In this document: piece by piece, positions 61,176-64,000 of the stretch
How positions within the stretch are numbered: position 1 is the stretch's first letter
Layout of the letters: each line of letters starts with the position of its first letter
DNA from: Gonapodya sp. JEL0774
Lineage: Eukaryota
Length of the DNA stretch: 64,000 nucleotides
Direction of reading: 5' to 3'
Assembly: GCA_027604505.1 (NCBI GenBank)
Contig: JADIIX010000001.1
Coordinates: 1 to 64,000, forward strand
Program-made: the position numbers and the translations under genes
Notes under the pieces: generated by a model
Databases searched by the model: none
What the model saw: the letters and a program-made list of their open reading frames with translations, nothing else
What the model was told of the DNA's origin: nothing

Positions 61176-63250
61176 TCAATTCACCTTCCCTCTTTTCTCC
61201 AGCGGCTTGAATTCACTGGATTCTCCCCCAGAGTCGGTCTGAATTTCATCTCTCGCCCTCTTGATTCCTTTCCTGTTCAAAAGCCTGTCTTTCCCGTCCT
61301 GTTCTTCGCATTTGAGTTTGCCCGCTACCACCATTAGAGCCGTGGGAGCCATCGTAAGATCGAAATCTTGGACGCTCCCTACAGTTTTCATGTAGCGAAG
61401 TAAAGCCAGCTTGATAACGTTCATGGTCACGTTCGAAGAGAACACCATCCGCTCTGTACGGTCGCTTTCGGCACGAACTGCAAGATCGCCAGCGAACGAT
61501 GTGTTGAGAGAAAGTGATTTGAATAGTTCGGTCACGCTGTCCATCTGGGAACGTAGATCAGTACTCTGTTGAGCTTGCTGTGGAGCCTGGAGCAGGAATG
61601 CCGAGGTCTGCATACCACGAGACAAATGGATCCGCAAGAAGTGGTCACAAACTCACTGCGGTGACACCGTTATCTGTACCGTTGCAAGGTGAGCCAGCTG
61701 ACATGAAAGCATTGCCCTCAGTGCATGGCTGGAGTGCTGGCAAACCGTCGGTCTGACAGGTGGCAACTCCGCGACTGGTCTCAACGAGGAAGTAACCCGA
61801 CGAGTCCACGGTAATTTTTGCGCTCTTTGAATGGTCCCTGTTCTCTCTGTCCTTGTCGGTAAGGAACGCTCGATAGGCTTGCCCAACGTGTTCGGACCTG
61901 ATGCATGAATAAATGAGGAAGACTATGCGTTTGCTTATCATTGCATGCTGGAGCGTTTTCTCACCATTGACTGAGTGACCTTCCTTGCAGCAAGGGAACG
62001 AGAATTATGGTCATGTTGTCAGTACCTTTGCCCCCTCCGAAATCTCCGGGGAACAGTTGAGCGCAGTGTACAAGCTGTGAAGAGGCAATACGTTGATGAA
62101 ACACCAAGAATTTACCACGAATCAAGCCTCTTACGATTTCTTCGCATGTCTCCTTCAGATCTCTGCCCTCTGCGATGCACCTACCAACGAAATCAACAAT
62201 ATCTTGCGATTCAAGCCGATCGGTTACTCCGTCTGACATTAGCATAACGAAATCATTTCGTGCATAAGGAAGATGAATATACAGCTCAGGATTCGCAGTG
62301 ACTTTTTGCTGTTCCAAAGATACGTTTGAGTTTGTTTTGTAGTCGAAATCACCGAATGCCCTGGAAACTGCCAGCATCCCTTTGAATTGAGAAAAGATGG
62401 TTATAATGGGGCTGACAGACTGGAGGGTGAGGTCTTTGTCTCACCGTCGACGCGATCAGCGTCAACATAACCCGCGGCTTCGATGATTCGTGACAGCTCC
62501 CCTGGTCGTGAAGAACGGGTTAACGCGGTAGAGAGGGAGGGGGTAAAAAATGTGGGTAATAGTATCGATACACCCTACGGACCATCCCCGAACCTTGTGT
62601 TTTCAATGACTCACTGGGCATGTTGGGCTTGTGGTCGATTGAGATTGGGACTTGTCTGCCGCCGACACTGACGATCGCCCGAGAATCCCCCGCATTGGCA
62701 CAGTAAATAGTACCAGACTGGTCGATAAGTACAACCACAGAGGTTGAACCGCCGCCCGAGTCCACAATTTCTTTATCTTGAAACACGTAGGGTCAGGATG
62801 TATAGAGTCGAAAACCAGCCGATCACTCTGTTCAACCATTTCACCTTTCCGCATGCGAGAGTCAAAGTCTAAGAAGGTGCGACGAAGGGCTTCCGTGTAA
62901 TCTTTTGATTCGAACTGGGGCGATTCGCTGAGCATAATGTGAAGCTCCCTCGCGGCCCGTATGGCAACGTTATCACCTCCGTGACCGTCGTACACCGCGA
63001 AGAATGCAGGATACTTTTCCGTGGAGTCCTCAAGCTGGGATAACCTCTTTGAGTGACACAAAAAGCAAAATCTCTTTCCGCGTCAACCCACACGACCAAA
63101 AGGTTTCAAAGACACAATTGCCGTGTATGCGTCTTCCATATAGGGACGATAGGCTTGCATGGTTGCCACGGTGAATGGTGTCGCATTGCTTCCACCTTGA
63201 ACGCCAGTGTGAGTCCTTGCCGACTTGCTGCCAGTGTACAGCACAGGCAT
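61176..63250 (-). CDS. Protein phosphatase 2C (PPM family, PTC2/3-like)
   Basis: MQAYRPYMEDA, FFAVYDGHGG, GGSTSVV, YCANAGDSR, DHKP, LAVSRAFGDFDYK, LMSDGV and DNMTIILV. Confidence 0.93.
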
Positions 63251-63677
63251 CCGGCACTGGTCAGCAATCATTGCCGTGAAGTATTTTGGTAAAGCGAAAT
63301 TTCTTTTTTGGGAAAAGCTGGGGAAAACGTGCTTTGTTTGGGAAGCTGGCTTCTTCCTTAATAAAAGGATACAGCACCGCACATCATAATAATATCAGAA
63401 GAAAAACTATTCAAGCTTCCATCATTCGAAAGTACCATAAATTAGGTTGCGTACACCAGACAAACCGAGGAACATCAAAATCACACATCATCACGATAAT
63501 CATGTGGCTGCAAGTGTACGTGTTTGGTGCAAAGGAGCTCCTCTCCTTCCAACCCAGGTCGTTCTTCAACTCTAATGCGAACTTAGGTGCGAGACTTTCC
63601 TTAGACCCATTAACATTTGATTTCCAACAAGTTGGAAAACGCGCGTCTGTAAGATGTGCGTATGCAGTCCTCGAAAT

Positions 63678-64000
63678 TTAAACGAAGACCATAGTGTTAC
63701 CACCAGAAAGGAACATGAACTGCAGTATCGGATGCCCAACACCCACAATCGCAGAGAGCAGAACAACAAAAGCCGTGTCAGATATCATGAGCTACTCCCC
63801 ACTTCAACTCCCCTTATCAATGCCACCCACCAGCATCATCATCACAATCATAAACATGACTTGCCGCACAGCTTGCTGTTGTGCCTGCTCACGAAGCTCT
63901 TCGGCCTGACGGCGCTCTTCTGGAGTGGCATTGGGGCCAGGATTGGAGGGATGCAGGGTAGCGGTAGGGCCGTTGCCGGGGTAAAGAGCGTCCACACCGG
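63678..64000 (-). CDS. 3' end of a gene with a C-terminal transmembrane helix (possibly an RNF5/RNF185-like ER E3 ligase)
   Basis: ...EQAQQQAVRQVMFMIVMMML|FMFLSGGNTMVFV* through a gtgggt...ctgcag intron; the family guess rests only on tail architecture. Confidence 0.5.

Noticed and set aside
63255..63372. GTATCCTTT (U12-type 5' splice consensus) on the minus strand upstream of PP2C
   Set aside because: No TCCTTAAC-type branch site downstream and no coding junction to test; probably chance
63780..63830. In-frame TGA after GGIDKGS as a possible selenocysteine codon (some early-diverging fungi use Sec)
   Set aside because: It lies inside a gtgggt...ctgcag intron; no conserved gene in the window needed UGA recoding
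1..64000. CRISPR arrays, rRNA genes, intact tRNAs and intact transposons
   Set aside because: No repeat-spacer pattern, rRNA-like sequence, full cloverleaf, or transposase/RT/integrase motif seen by eye

Overview
Gene-dense, intron-rich eukaryotic DNA, most consistent with an early-diverging (zoosporic/chytrid-like) fungus; the taxon is inferred from gene content and short GT-AG introns of mostly 45-140 nt. I reconstructed about 23 spliced protein-coding genes by hand. Recognisable ones are the DUR3 urea transporter, a bZIP/AT-hook factor, a double-UBA adaptor, a GATA + 3xC2H2 factor, a second C2H2 factor, 2-hydroxyacyl-CoA lyase, makorin, a MARVEL protein, uL22m, Rab-GDI, Derlin, prefoldin 4, PEX11 and PP2C. 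There are also two receptor-like signal peptide-ectodomain-TM-SH3 proteins, a secreted nucleoside-phosphorylase-fold protein, two coiled-coil proteins, a probable F-box/WD40 pseudogene and several hypotheticals. The standout signal is extreme microexon splicing. Restoring conserved motifs needs a 1-nt exon plus a 5-nt exon in DUR3, a 2-nt exon in an SH3 domain and a 4-nt exon in the secreted enzyme, with further 8, 9, 14, 14 and 18-nt exons, all flanked by canonical splice signals. All gene models are manual predictions without RNA evidence or database searches.
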